Under the pieces are notes generated by a model. The model did not search any database. It saw only the letters and a list, made by a program, of their open reading frames with translations, and was not told the DNA's origin. DNA of 64,000 nt from Myxococcota bacterium (lineage in GTDB: Bacteria > Myxococcota_A > UBA796 > GCA-2862545), in contig JBCCQY010000011.1 of assembly GCA_039208735.1 (NCBI GenBank), positions 1 to 64,000 on the forward strand, given 5' to 3'. Shown here piece by piece: positions 9,787 through 18,525 of the stretch; the first letter of the stretch is position 1, and each line of letters opens with the position of its first letter. Position numbers and translations under genes: made by a program.

Positions 9787-10491
9787 CTAACGCCAGTCGG
9801 TCGCGACTGGCGGTGACGTCTCGGGCATGCGGTCGAGCCATTCACTCGCCTTTTGCAGCACCTCGTCCAGTTGGGACGCTCGGTCATCGACGTTGCTAAG
9901 CGTGTACTGCGTGCGGCGCAGCGTCCGCTCCGCGGACGGCCCCAGTTCGGCGGCTTGCTGCAGTGACGTGTCGAGGTTCGTCACAATCCGACGCAAGGCC
10001 TCAGGATCGGCCGAGAGTTCGCGAATTGCGCGCGAAAGGTTCGCGAGATCATCGGGGTCGAGTTTCTCGACGATCTGCGTGAGTCGGAGCAGCAAGTCTT
10101 CGGGGTGTAGGCCCTTCTGGCCTTGCACCGTGAGCACGTCACCGTCCTGCAGCAGAGGTACGGCGTCGTCGCCCGAGGGGATGAGCTCGACGGTCGGCGA
10201 AGGCGACCAGGGCGTCACGTGGATCTTGGCCTGAACGTCGCGTCGGAGTTCCGCTTCGCGATCCAATGACAGCTTTACGATGGCCTTAGCGCCGGCGAGG
10301 TAGACATCGTCCACTTCACCTACCGACACTCCGGAAATCGTTACCCTCGCGCCCACCTGGATGCCCGATGCATCTTCGAGGGGTACCGCCACGTCGATCG
10401 GGTCCGAAAAATCGAGCATGCCGAGTTCGTAGGCGACGACGCCGGCCATGGCGACGACCAACAGGCCGCCGACGGGAACTTCGTACTGCAT
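9787..10491 (-). CDS. MCE/MlaD family protein
   Basis: N-terminal TM, DASGIQVGARVTISGVSVGEV, VELIP, followed by a helical tail. Confidence 0.85.
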   Translation of the reverse strand: MQYEVPVGGLLVVAMAGVVAYELGMLDFSDPIDVAVPLEDASGIQVGARVTISGVSVGEVDDVYLAGAKAIVKLSLDREAELRRDVQAKIHVTPWSPSPTVELIPSGDDAVPLLQDGDVLTVQGQKGLHPEDLLLRLTQIVEKLDPDDLANLSRAIRELSADPEALRRIVTNLDTSLQQAAELGPSAERTLRRTQYTLSNVDDRASQLDEVLQKASEWLDRMPETSPPVATDWR

Positions 10492-10492
10492 G

Positions 10493-10882
10493 TCAGGACT
10501 CGCTGGTGGGATCGTCGGGGCGCGGGGAAGGCGCCTCGGAGGTCCCGGAGGGGGAAGAGGCGGGAGGGGTGAGCGGCTTGAGGTGCATGGAAAGGCTGAT
10601 TTCGAGGGAGTGGGAACGCACAAGCTCCATGAGGTCGTCCTTCAGGCGGAGCTCGGAGAGGTAGTTTCTCACTTCCCGGGCGACCATGCGGACCGCCTCC
10701 GTCTTCGCCTTGTCCGACGTGGTCAGGACGGCGGTGATTAACTCTTTTGTGTCTTCCGCGAGTTCCCGACGATCCAACAATCGACGAGCGAAGCGCATGA
10801 GGCGTTCTGCGGTACCCTTGGGCTCATCGGTGGCCTTGTCGACCTCGCCGGAATCGGATGCAGCTTCGGAGTCGGGATCCAT
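10493..10882 (-). CDS. Hypothetical protein
   Basis: Natural-looking helical core DKAKTEAVRMVAREVRNYL; stop lies 1 nt from the MCE start. Confidence 0.65.
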   Translation of the reverse strand: MDPDSEAASDSGEVDKATDEPKGTAERLMRFARRLLDRRELAEDTKELITAVLTTSDKAKTEAVRMVAREVRNYLSELRLKDDLMELVRSHSLEISLSMHLKPLTPPASSPSGTSEAPSPRPDDPTSES

Positions 10883-10968
10883 TGAGGCCTCTTCATCAAT
10901 CGGGCGTCGAACGGCATTGTTCGTAACGCCATGCCCCCTGCGCAACACCCACGGGCTACGCTGGCCCC

Positions 10969-11490
10969 ATGACGCCCGATGAGTACCACGCAGTGTTGAC
11001 GTTCGCGGCCCGGGCCCATCGCGACCAACGCACGCCCCACGGCCTGCCCTACCTGACCCACGTCTGCATGGTGGCAGCAGAGGTCGACCTGGCGCTGCGT
11101 ACTCGCCACGATGTGGACCATGACCTCGCTGTGCGATGCGCGTTGCTTCACGATGTGATTGAAGACACGCCCGTCACCGAGGCCGAGGTGGCAGAGGAGT
11201 TTGGTCGTGCGGTGGCGGCTGGTGTACTCGCTCTTTCGAAAGACGCTGCGCTCCCCAAGCCTGAGCGCATGCCCGACAGCCTTCGACGGATCTGCGAACA
11301 ACCCCTTGAGGTGGCTGCGGTGAAGCTGGCTGATCGAACGGTGAACCTGGGTCCTCCGCCGCCGCATTGGACGGCCGAGAAGTGTGAGGCGTATCGCCGT
11401 GAGGCGCAGCTCATCCTCGACACGTTGGGTCATGCGGATCCGACGCTTGCCGCACGCCTGACCCATCGCATTGCGCGCTACCCCGCGTGA
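10969..11490 (+). CDS. HD-domain small alarmone hydrolase-like protein (Mesh1/SAH family)
   Basis: AHRDQR, PYLTH, ALLHDVIEDT, VKLADRTVNL; no synthetase domain. Confidence 0.82.
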   Translation: MTPDEYHAVLTFAARAHRDQRTPHGLPYLTHVCMVAAEVDLALRTRHDVDHDLAVRCALLHDVIEDTPVTEAEVAEEFGRAVAAGVLALSKDAALPKPERMPDSLRRICEQPLEVAAVKLADRTVNLGPPPPHWTAEKCEAYRREAQLILDTLGHADPTLAARLTHRIARYPA

Positions 11491-12146
11491 ACATCTCCGG
11501 CGTCGGGCTGTTGGTACTTGTCGGCTGCACGGCGTTCCCGTGTCAGTCAGGGCCGGTCGAAAACTGTGCTCAGCCCAGGCTTTGGTATGGTCCCCCGGGC
11601 AGCCAGCCTCCTACCGTCTGGGGTTGTAGACCGCCGTCTGCCGCCTACGAAGTGCTCCCGTTGGGCTTTCTTGATCCCCTCGACACCGGCTACGTCGTGG
11701 TGGGCAATGAGGTGGACTGGGACGTGCCTTGGCCGATCACCGTGGGAGACACAGGGTCGCCTCGCGATACCGCGGATGGGCCTACTACGGCCATCACCGG
11801 CACGACCGCGACGACTGCGGACACCGCCGATACCAGCGACACCGGGGCTCCCCGGCCTCGTCGTCAGGGTCCCCAAGACACCGGCGATGTGGACCCGGAA
11901 GAGAGTACGGCCGTGACGGGTTTCACGGGCTTTACAGGAGCAACGGGCGACACTGCCGTGGAGGAAGCCGTCGACGAACCTGAACTGCCGACCAGCCCTA
12001 CGGCCGACACGGTCGATACGGGGGCGTACTTGGAGCCCGAACCCGAGTCTCCGGCGCCGCTCAATGACCCCACGGATCTCGTAGTGCCCCAGCCGGAGTT
12101 CCAGGATCCAACGGACCTCGTGGTGAATCCCGATGGAGGAGAGTGA
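11487..12146 (+). CDS. Putative lipoprotein, acidic Thr/Asp-rich low complexity
   Basis: LLVLVGC lipobox; repeated DTG/DTA; DPTDLVV occurs twice. Confidence 0.6.
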   Translation: MNISGVGLLVLVGCTAFPCQSGPVENCAQPRLWYGPPGSQPPTVWGCRPPSAAYEVLPLGFLDPLDTGYVVVGNEVDWDVPWPITVGDTGSPRDTADGPTTAITGTTATTADTADTSDTGAPRPRRQGPQDTGDVDPEESTAVTGFTGFTGATGDTAVEEAVDEPELPTSPTADTVDTGAYLEPEPESPAPLNDPTDLVVPQPEFQDPTDLVVNPDGGE

Positions 12147-12679
12147 CAATGTGGTGGTGGATGGCGGCGGCGTTCGCAGGACCGCTCCCCTGGGCGGGAG
12201 ACTGGGCCTTGGATCCTACGCAGAGCGACGCGGGGCCCGAAGTGATCGATCGGCTCGTGCGAGGTCCCATTACGACGGGTCAGAATGCAGCTGGGCTTTC
12301 GCCCGATCCCACATCGGGGCAACAGACCCAGCAAGATGACCGCTTGCGGCTTGTCAGCAGCCTCCAGCACCTCTTGTCCCGTTCGGGGCGGATCTTGCTG
12401 GCTCCGGCCGATGATGGGGTCGTGGTGAAGTTTGCTGGCGAGGAACCAGTAACCGTGCCCCTTGGCCGGAAGTGGACCAAGGTCGACTGGGGCAAGACCC
12501 GGGTCCGACTTCGTGTCGAGCAGGGACAGAACCTCGTTATCGAACGCCGGGCGGCCGGCGCAATCATTCGCGAGACCTTCCTGCCGATCAGCGAGCCTGG
12601 CGAAGTGGCGGTGGTGATTCGCATCGATGGCACCGGGGTCACGCCCCAGGAGTTCCGCCGGGTATACCGCGCACTTTAG
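12143..12679 (+). CDS. Hypothetical exported protein
   Basis: Short signal peptide, then WAGDWALDPTQSD; GTGA-type overlap with upstream gene. Confidence 0.6.
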   Translation: MTMWWWMAAAFAGPLPWAGDWALDPTQSDAGPEVIDRLVRGPITTGQNAAGLSPDPTSGQQTQQDDRLRLVSSLQHLLSRSGRILLAPADDGVVVKFAGEEPVTVPLGRKWTKVDWGKTRVRLRVEQGQNLVIERRAAGAIIRETFLPISEPGEVAVVIRIDGTGVTPQEFRRVYRAL

Positions 12680-13761
12680 GCCTTTACCAGGCCCTCAACG
12701 AGGTCCGCGGCTCGTTCGGCCGCGTCAAGGCGGGCTTGTGACGTCGCGGCGGCTGACATGGCCTGCAGTCGCTCTGCGTCGACCACCAAGTCGGCCACCC
12801 GGCGTGTCGACTGATCGAGGTCCCAACCCGCTTCTACGATGACTTCGGCCGCACCCACGGCCTGAAGCCCCTTGGCGTTTTCTTCCTGGTGGTTTTCGGT
12901 CACGTTGGGGCTTGGCACGAGGATGCTTGGCTTGCCCACCGCGGCGAGTTCGCCAAGGGTCGACGACCCCGCCCGCGCCACTACGAGGTCCGCCATGGCG
13001 TAGGCGTCGGCCATCCGGTCTTCATAGTCGACCAAGCGGACGCCGGGGGGCGGCGTTCCGAGGGCCTGCGACACGGCCTCGTGGTAGCGACGACCACAGA
13101 GGTGAAGCACTTGAAAGGCGCGCCCTTCGAGCTTGGCCAGCGACAAGGCGAGTTCGTTGATGCGCTCGGCCCCGAGCGAACCACCCACGAGCAACACCGT
13201 GGGGGTGGCCGCATCAAGGCCGTACTTTTCGGCGGCGCCCTCTCGTGAGCCGTCTCGGATGGCCGGGTTGATCGGCACGCCAACGAGGTGTTTGGGGGCC
13301 GATCCAGGCATCCGAGCGCGGGTCCGCTCATACGTCAGAAGGATGAGGTTTGCGACCCGAGCACACAGTTGGTTGGCGAGTCCAGGCACCACATTGGCCT
13401 CATGAATGGCGGCACCACGACCCAGCGTCCACGCGGCAAGCACCGGAGGGGCGCTGATGTAACCGCCGACCCCGAGGACCGCGTCCACGTGGTCCGCCCG
13501 TAATGGGCGGCGGGTGGCGACAATAGCGCGCAACAGCCCCCAAGCGAACTTGATGCGTCCCCACAGTCCACCCCGGGGATACTGCAACGCCCGCACGGGC
13601 CGGAAGGTGTAGCCGCGTTGGGGCGCCACCCGGCCTTCAAGCCGGTCCGGATCGCCATAATAGAGCACTTCGTGACCGCGCTTTCGCAGCTCATCACCGA
13701 TTGCCAGCGCCGGATAGACGTGGCCGCCAGTCCCGCCGCCCGCCAACACGAACACCGCCAT
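12676..13761 (-). CDS. murG: UDP-GlcNAc:lipid I N-acetylglucosaminyltransferase
   Basis: GGGTGGHVYPA, GGYISAP, HEAN..PG.AN, GGSLGA, RAGSST..E, HQ..NA. Confidence 0.95.
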   Translation of the reverse strand: MAVFVLAGGGTGGHVYPALAIGDELRKRGHEVLYYGDPDRLEGRVAPQRGYTFRPVRALQYPRGGLWGRIKFAWGLLRAIVATRRPLRADHVDAVLGVGGYISAPPVLAAWTLGRGAAIHEANVVPGLANQLCARVANLILLTYERTRARMPGSAPKHLVGVPINPAIRDGSREGAAEKYGLDAATPTVLLVGGSLGAERINELALSLAKLEGRAFQVLHLCGRRYHEAVSQALGTPPPGVRLVDYEDRMADAYAMADLVVARAGSSTLGELAAVGKPSILVPSPNVTENHQEENAKGLQAVGAAEVIVEAGWDLDQSTRRVADLVVDAERLQAMSAAATSQARLDAAERAADLVEGLVKA

Positions 13762-13881
13762 CAACCCCTCCTAATGGGCGCCTCCTAGCGCGGAGAAGCC
13801 GCCGTGGGGCCCGCGCGATCGCCTCTGTCGGAATGGTCGATCCGAGCATGCACATCTTGGCTCGGCATTGCCAATCTTTGA

Positions 13882-13903
13882 GTTGGTTGGTTAACCAACC
13901 AAC
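13882..13903. promoter_or_regulatory. Perfect 22-bp palindrome, probable TetR operator
   Basis: GTTGGTTGGTT-AACCAACCAAC directly abutting the ATG of the TetR gene. Confidence 0.75.
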
Positions 13904-14482
13904 ATGCTTCCTGACCCTGACTCCAAGCGAGGGCGACTCGTGCGAGCCTGCAAGACGTTGGTGGCCGAGCGTGGCGTGCCGCGGGCGACCGTGGCCGACG
14001 TCGCCCGCAAAGCCGACATTACGCCGGGCCTCGTGCACTACTACTTCCCTTCGAAGCAAGCCCTCGTGCATGCCCTGTTCGATTCGTTAGTGGCGGACTT
14101 TGGGGCTCGGCTCGAGACGGTCGACGGTCCCGAAGCGGTGCTGCGGGGGTTCGTCGATCGGGCGTTAGCTCTGGGCGACGATGCAGATCCAGAAGGGGTC
14201 CGCGCCTGGGTGTGGTTGTCGGCCGAAGCGTTGCACGACGAAGGGCTTGCGGAACGGTGGCAGGCGCAGGCGACGGTCTGGCTCGATCAACTCACGAACG
14301 CGTTCGATCAGGTCGGCGCAGACGATGCTGCAGGCCTTGCTGGCGCGGTGCTCTCGGGGGTGTTGGGGGCGTGGCAACTGGGGACTGTGGCCCCGGGGGC
14401 GTTGGTTCCCGGGTCAGCGGCCCGGGTCCAGCGCAGGTTTCTCGATGCAATCCTCGCGTCCTTTGAGGCAACTCGTGACTGA
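13904..14482 (+). CDS. TetR/AcrR family regulator (BetI-like C-terminus)
   Basis: HTH ATVADVARKADITPGLVHYYFPSKQAL. Confidence 0.92.
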   Translation: MLPDPDSKRGRLVRACKTLVAERGVPRATVADVARKADITPGLVHYYFPSKQALVHALFDSLVADFGARLETVDGPEAVLRGFVDRALALGDDADPEGVRAWVWLSAEALHDEGLAERWQAQATVWLDQLTNAFDQVGADDAAGLAGAVLSGVLGAWQLGTVAPGALVPGSAARVQRRFLDAILASFEATRD

Positions 14483-14486
14483 CTCG

Positions 14487-15668
14487 ATGCGTCCCCGTGC
14501 CAAAGCGACCTTGCTCGGTGGGTTGTACTTCGCACAGGGCTTGCCCTACGGTTTCTTCGCGCTTGCCGTGCCGGTCTTGTTGCGGGCTGAGGGCGCGTCG
14601 CTCGAGTTGGTTGGCGCGAGCAGCCTTCTGCTTTTGCCATGGGCCGCCAAGGTCCTTTGGGCGCCTCTCGTCGATCGGTACGGCGACAAGCGAACCTGGA
14701 TCTTGACGCTGCAGTTGCTCACGGTGGTGGGATTTGCCGGGCTGGCCCTGTTGAATCCCTCTCGAGTGACCGAGGCGCTCGCCATTGCGATGGTTGGGGC
14801 TTCGTTTCTTGCGGCTACGCAGGACGTGGCGACGGATGGCCTGGCGACCGTATTGCTGACCCCGGAAGAACGAGGTTGGGGCAACGGGCTGCAGGTCGCG
14901 GCCTATCGGCTGGGCATGATCCTGGGCGGAAGCGCACTGCTGATCCTCTACAGCCAAGGCGGGTGGCGCGTCTGTTTCGCCGTAATGAGCGGGTTGCTGC
15001 TGTTTGCGACGGTTCCGATATTCATTTGGGGCCACGCCCTGCCTCGGCGCGTGCCTTCGGAGACCGCGCCCTCCTGGTTCAGCCTCTGGGATGCAGCCCG
15101 TATCATGGGGCCGTGGCTGGGCTTTCTTGCGGTGGCCAAGGCGGGTGATGCCGCGGCCTCCGCGATGGTTCGCCCCTACTTCGTGGATGCAGGCTGGTCG
15201 CTCGACGGCCTTGCGGGAGCGCTTGGGTTTGGTGGCTCGGTGTTCGGGTTGCTTGGGGCTGCGATCGGCGGAGGAATTGCCACGGTGATGTCGCGACGGC
15301 GGGCGCTTGTGACCACGACGACCCTTCAAGCGGTCACGGTGGGGCTGTTGGCCATTGGGCTGTCGATCGAGGCGGGCCCCTGGGTTCCCATGGCGTTGGT
15401 GTGGCTCGAGGACCTGGGGTCGGGCACCGCGACGGCGGCAGTCTTCGCTGCGATGATGGACCGGTGCAGGCCGGGCTTTGAGTCGACCGACTACACGCTC
15501 CAGGCCTCATGGTTGGTCTGGATGGTTGGCTTTGCGACTGCTCTTTCCGGAGTCAGCGCGGCAACGTTTGGGTACGTCGGCCACCTTGTGTTGTGTACCG
15601 GACTGGCGATGTTCGCGGTCGTGGCGGCGCGCTTTGTGCCCGCTCCTCGGGAGGTCCCATGGAACTGA
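14487..15668 (+). CDS. MFS transporter, AmpG/RhtX-like
   Basis: LYFAQGLPYGF, LPWAAKVLWAPLVD, ATQDVATDG, GNGLQ..AYRLG, TDYTLQ; about 12 hydrophobic segments. Confidence 0.88.
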   Translation: MRPRAKATLLGGLYFAQGLPYGFFALAVPVLLRAEGASLELVGASSLLLLPWAAKVLWAPLVDRYGDKRTWILTLQLLTVVGFAGLALLNPSRVTEALAIAMVGASFLAATQDVATDGLATVLLTPEERGWGNGLQVAAYRLGMILGGSALLILYSQGGWRVCFAVMSGLLLFATVPIFIWGHALPRRVPSETAPSWFSLWDAARIMGPWLGFLAVAKAGDAAASAMVRPYFVDAGWSLDGLAGALGFGGSVFGLLGAAIGGGIATVMSRRRALVTTTTLQAVTVGLLAIGLSIEAGPWVPMALVWLEDLGSGTATAAVFAAMMDRCRPGFESTDYTLQASWLVWMVGFATALSGVSAATFGYVGHLVLCTGLAMFAVVAARFVPAPREVPWN

Positions 15669-16390
15669 TGGCTTTGGGCGTCGGAGATGCGTTTACCGCG
15701 CGCTACTATTCGACCTGTGCTGCAGTCCGTAGTTATGGTAAAACCTTGCTGATCGACTGTCCGCATCCGATTCGTCGCGCGATGGCAGACGCCGGAGGCA
15801 CCCTCGATGTGGGGGACTTGGATGCGGTGATCATCACTCACAACCACGCCGATCACGTGAGCGGGGTCGAGCCCATGCTCTTCTTCGCTCACTTTGTGCT
15901 TGGCCGGAAGCTGCCTGTGCTTGCGCATCCGGAGGTGCTGGCCGACTTGTGGACGCACCACCTCCAAGCTGGCATGCAGGAACTCCTGGCCTCCGACGGA
16001 AGTCGCCACCGGCTCACGTTTGAGGACGTTGCCGTGCCGATGGCGCGTGACGAGGCGGCGGCGACCGAGGCGTGTGGATTTTCGATCGAGGTGCGTCGCA
16101 CGATTCACCACATCCCGACCTTTGCCCTCCGCTTGAGCGATGGGCAGGCCAGCCTTGGGTGGAGCGCCGATACGGCCTACGACCCTGAGCTCATCGCATG
16201 GTTGGCCGAGGCCGATCGCTTCGTCCACGAAACGAACTACGGCGTCCACACCCCCTACGAGAAGCTTGCTGCTTTGCCAGTGTCGCTCCGACAAAAGATG
16301 TGGCTCGTGCACTATCCAGATGGATTCGATGTTGAATCCAGCGTCATCGAGCCCTTGCGCCAAGGCCAGACCTACGCGATACGCCCCTGA
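15659..16390 (+). CDS. MBL-fold hydrolase (RNase Z/phosphodiesterase-like)
   Basis: LGVGDAF, LLIDC, THNHADH, WSADT, HE, VHT, LVHYPD. Confidence 0.82.
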   Translation: MELMALGVGDAFTARYYSTCAAVRSYGKTLLIDCPHPIRRAMADAGGTLDVGDLDAVIITHNHADHVSGVEPMLFFAHFVLGRKLPVLAHPEVLADLWTHHLQAGMQELLASDGSRHRLTFEDVAVPMARDEAAATEACGFSIEVRRTIHHIPTFALRLSDGQASLGWSADTAYDPELIAWLAEADRFVHETNYGVHTPYEKLAALPVSLRQKMWLVHYPDGFDVESSVIEPLRQGQTYAIRP

Positions 16391-16407
16391 CTCCGTTGGA
16401 GGAAGGG

Positions 16408-17202
16408 ATGCATCGCTTCAACCTCACGCTACCTCGCCATGCGTTCGGTCCCCGAGAGACCGCACGGCCGGGTGAGATTTGGCGCACGTTGCAGGACGTG
16501 GCGGTACGGGCGTCGAGCGAGGCGGGCTACACGCCGCGCGATTACCGCGAACAGCAGATCAGCTGGGTGATGCGCACGATGACGGTCCGACACCTGGCCG
16601 AGATCCGATTCGGCGAACACGTGGTTGCCGAGTCCTGGATCTCCACGTTTGAGCGTGAAATCTTCAGCAATCGACAAATTCGCCTCTCGTCCGACGGTGA
16701 GCCTGTGGTGCTGGCGGATCAACGATGGGTTCATGTCCGCCTTCCCGATCTGAAGCCCGTACGCGCCTCAGCGGAGCTGAAGCAGGCGTTGGGAGAACTC
16801 CTCGAACCGCTGGACCTCAACCTGCCGGCGGCCGAATCCGACTTCCACGAGAAGATTGGTTTTAGAACTGACTTTGCAACTTGGCATAGCCAAATGGACC
16901 CTCTCGCCCACGCGAACCACCCTGCCTACGTGGATTGGGTGGATGAAGCGTGGCTCCGCTGGCTGGTGGCTCAAGGCATGGACCCGCAGGAAAGCATTGC
17001 GGTCGCTGAGTCGGTGACCTACCGGTCCGGTGTGGTCGCGCCCGAACGGGTCACCGTCGAACTCTCGCTGACGGGATCCGAGGACGGGGCAGCCTTTTTC
17101 GATGCAACCATCAAGGTCGGGGACCGCCTGACCGCCACGGCGTGGGCGGTTCGTCGTCACCCTGACTTCACGGGAGACTGGGCGACCGTCTTGTCCCGCT
17201 GA
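16408..17202 (+). CDS. Acyl-ACP/acyl-CoA thioesterase (double hotdog fold)
   Basis: LQDVA..., WVMR, MDPLAHANHPAYVDW; GGAGG RBS. Confidence 0.78.
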   Translation: MHRFNLTLPRHAFGPRETARPGEIWRTLQDVAVRASSEAGYTPRDYREQQISWVMRTMTVRHLAEIRFGEHVVAESWISTFEREIFSNRQIRLSSDGEPVVLADQRWVHVRLPDLKPVRASAELKQALGELLEPLDLNLPAAESDFHEKIGFRTDFATWHSQMDPLAHANHPAYVDWVDEAWLRWLVAQGMDPQESIAVAESVTYRSGVVAPERVTVELSLTGSEDGAAFFDATIKVGDRLTATAWAVRRHPDFTGDWATVLSR

Positions 17203-17525
17203 CCTTGGGCGCTTTGCGCTGGGTAGCGAAGGGCGGGGGTTTGTCGAACGGGAGTCCCGCTGACCTTGGGCGCGTTGCGCCCGGGGGCAAAGGGCAGGGG
17301 TTTGACGAACGGGAGTCCCGCTGACCTTGGGCGCTTTGCGCTGGGTAGCGAAGGGCGGGGGTTTGTCGAACGGGAGTCACGCTGACCTTCGGCGCTTTGC
17401 GCTGGGTAGCGAAGGGCGGGGGTTTGTCGAACGGGAAGTCCCGCTGACCTTCGGCGCGTTGCGCCGGTAGCGAAGGGCAGGGGGTTGTCGAACGGGAGTC
17501 ACGCTGACCTTCGGCGCTTTGCGCC
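17193..17525. repeat. Intergenic tandem array, ~5.5 copies of a 60-62 bp unit with an internal hairpin
   Basis: Units start at 17193, 17254, 17315, 17376, 17438 and 17498; consensus GTCCCGCTGACCTTGGGCGCTTTGCGCTGGGTAGCGAAGGGCGGGGGTTTGTCGAACGGGA. Confidence 0.95.
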
Positions 17526-17541
17526 TGCAGGTCTACGCGTG

Positions 17542-17564
17542 TCAGCCAGCCGGAGGCTGGCTGA
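17542..17564. terminator. Perfect hairpin directly after the msrA stop
   Basis: TCAGCCAGCC-GGA-GGCTGGCTGA, 10-bp stem. Confidence 0.6.
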
Positions 17565-18185
17565 TTAATGGCCCGCCTTCTCCCCCCAAAGCTGACGAAG
17601 CCGCGCATCCCGCCCACACCCCGTCCGGTAGCGCGTGTAATGCAGCGGATTGGTCTTGTAGAAGTCCTGGTGGTACGCCTCGGCGACCCAAAATGGCTGT
17701 TCGGGAAGAACCTCGGTCACAATCGTCTTGCCCAAATCCTTCTCGGCCTTCTTCTTCGATGCTTTCGCCTTTCGGATCTCCGAAGGCTCCGACGTGAAGA
17801 TGCCGGTCCGATACTGGTCGCCCTTGTCGCAGAACTGGCCCCGGGCGTCGGTGGGGTCGACGTTGTGCCAGAAGATCTCGAGCAGTCGATCGTAGCTCAC
17901 CTTCTTCGGGTCATAGACCACTCGGATCGCTTCGTAGTGACCGGTACGGTGGTAGCTGACTTCCTGATAGGTCGGGCCCTTCTCAGGACCGCCGGTGTAG
18001 CCACTGGTCGTTGAGATGACACCGTCGACCACGTCGAACGGCTTCTCCATGCACCAGAAGCAGCCTCCCGCAAAGATCGCCGCCGCCTGACCCTCTTCGA
18101 CCGGGGGGGCCTCCGACGTCTTGGCCTCGGCGGTCGTGGTCGAGCACCCGACCGCCATCACTGCGGTGAGCAACATCCGAATCAT
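17565..18185 (-). CDS. msrA: Peptide-methionine (S)-S-oxide reductase with lipoprotein-type signal
   Basis: FAGGCFWCME, SGYTGG, TGHYEAI, GQFCDKGDQYR, AEAYHQDFY; N-terminal AVMAVGC. Confidence 0.95.
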   Translation of the reverse strand: MIRMLLTAVMAVGCSTTTAEAKTSEAPPVEEGQAAAIFAGGCFWCMEKPFDVVDGVISTTSGYTGGPEKGPTYQEVSYHRTGHYEAIRVVYDPKKVSYDRLLEIFWHNVDPTDARGQFCDKGDQYRTGIFTSEPSEIRKAKASKKKAEKDLGKTIVTEVLPEQPFWVAEAYHQDFYKTNPLHYTRYRTGCGRDARLRQLWGEKAGH

Positions 18186-18288
18186 GAAATCCGCTCCTTT
18201 CAATGCATGAGCCGTATGACCGAGCCCCTACGAAGCCAAGTCGCGGAATCTCATGGCTCGTTACGCCTACCTCCAACGAGGAGGCATC

Positions 18289-18525
18289 GTGCAGGTTCAG
18301 GTGCGGTACTTCGCCGCGCTCCGCGAGAAGCGGGGTACAACCATGGAGCGGGTGGCGGTGACCCCCGGTGAGACACTGCAGGCGCTCTACGAGCGTCTCT
18401 TCCCCGGTCCCGCAGACACACGCATGCCCGTCGCGTACGCCCGAAACCACATGCATGCCAAACCTTCTGAAACCATCGAGGACGGCGATGAGATCGCCTT
18501 TCTACCTCCGGTTGGAGGTGGCTGA
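18289..18525 (+). CDS. moaD: Molybdopterin synthase sulfur carrier subunit
   Basis: VRYFAALRE...DGDEIAFLPPVGGG, C-terminal GG; adjacent to moaE. Confidence 0.9.
   Translation: MQVQVRYFAALREKRGTTMERVAVTPGETLQALYERLFPGPADTRMPVAYARNHMHAKPSETIEDGDEIAFLPPVGGG

Noticed and set aside
17193..17525. CRISPR array
   Set aside because: The whole unit repeats, there are no unique spacers, and there are no cas genes in the window.
17168..17617. 149-aa minus-strand ORF with repeated peptides
   Set aside because: It is a translation of the DNA repeat. The unit length is mostly not a multiple of 3, and the ORF overlaps msrA and the thioesterase.
18289..18525. Ubiquitin-like conjugation or defence system
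   Set aside because: The GG-ending protein is coupled to moaE, so it is ordinary molybdopterin synthase. No E1/E2/JAB genes are nearby.
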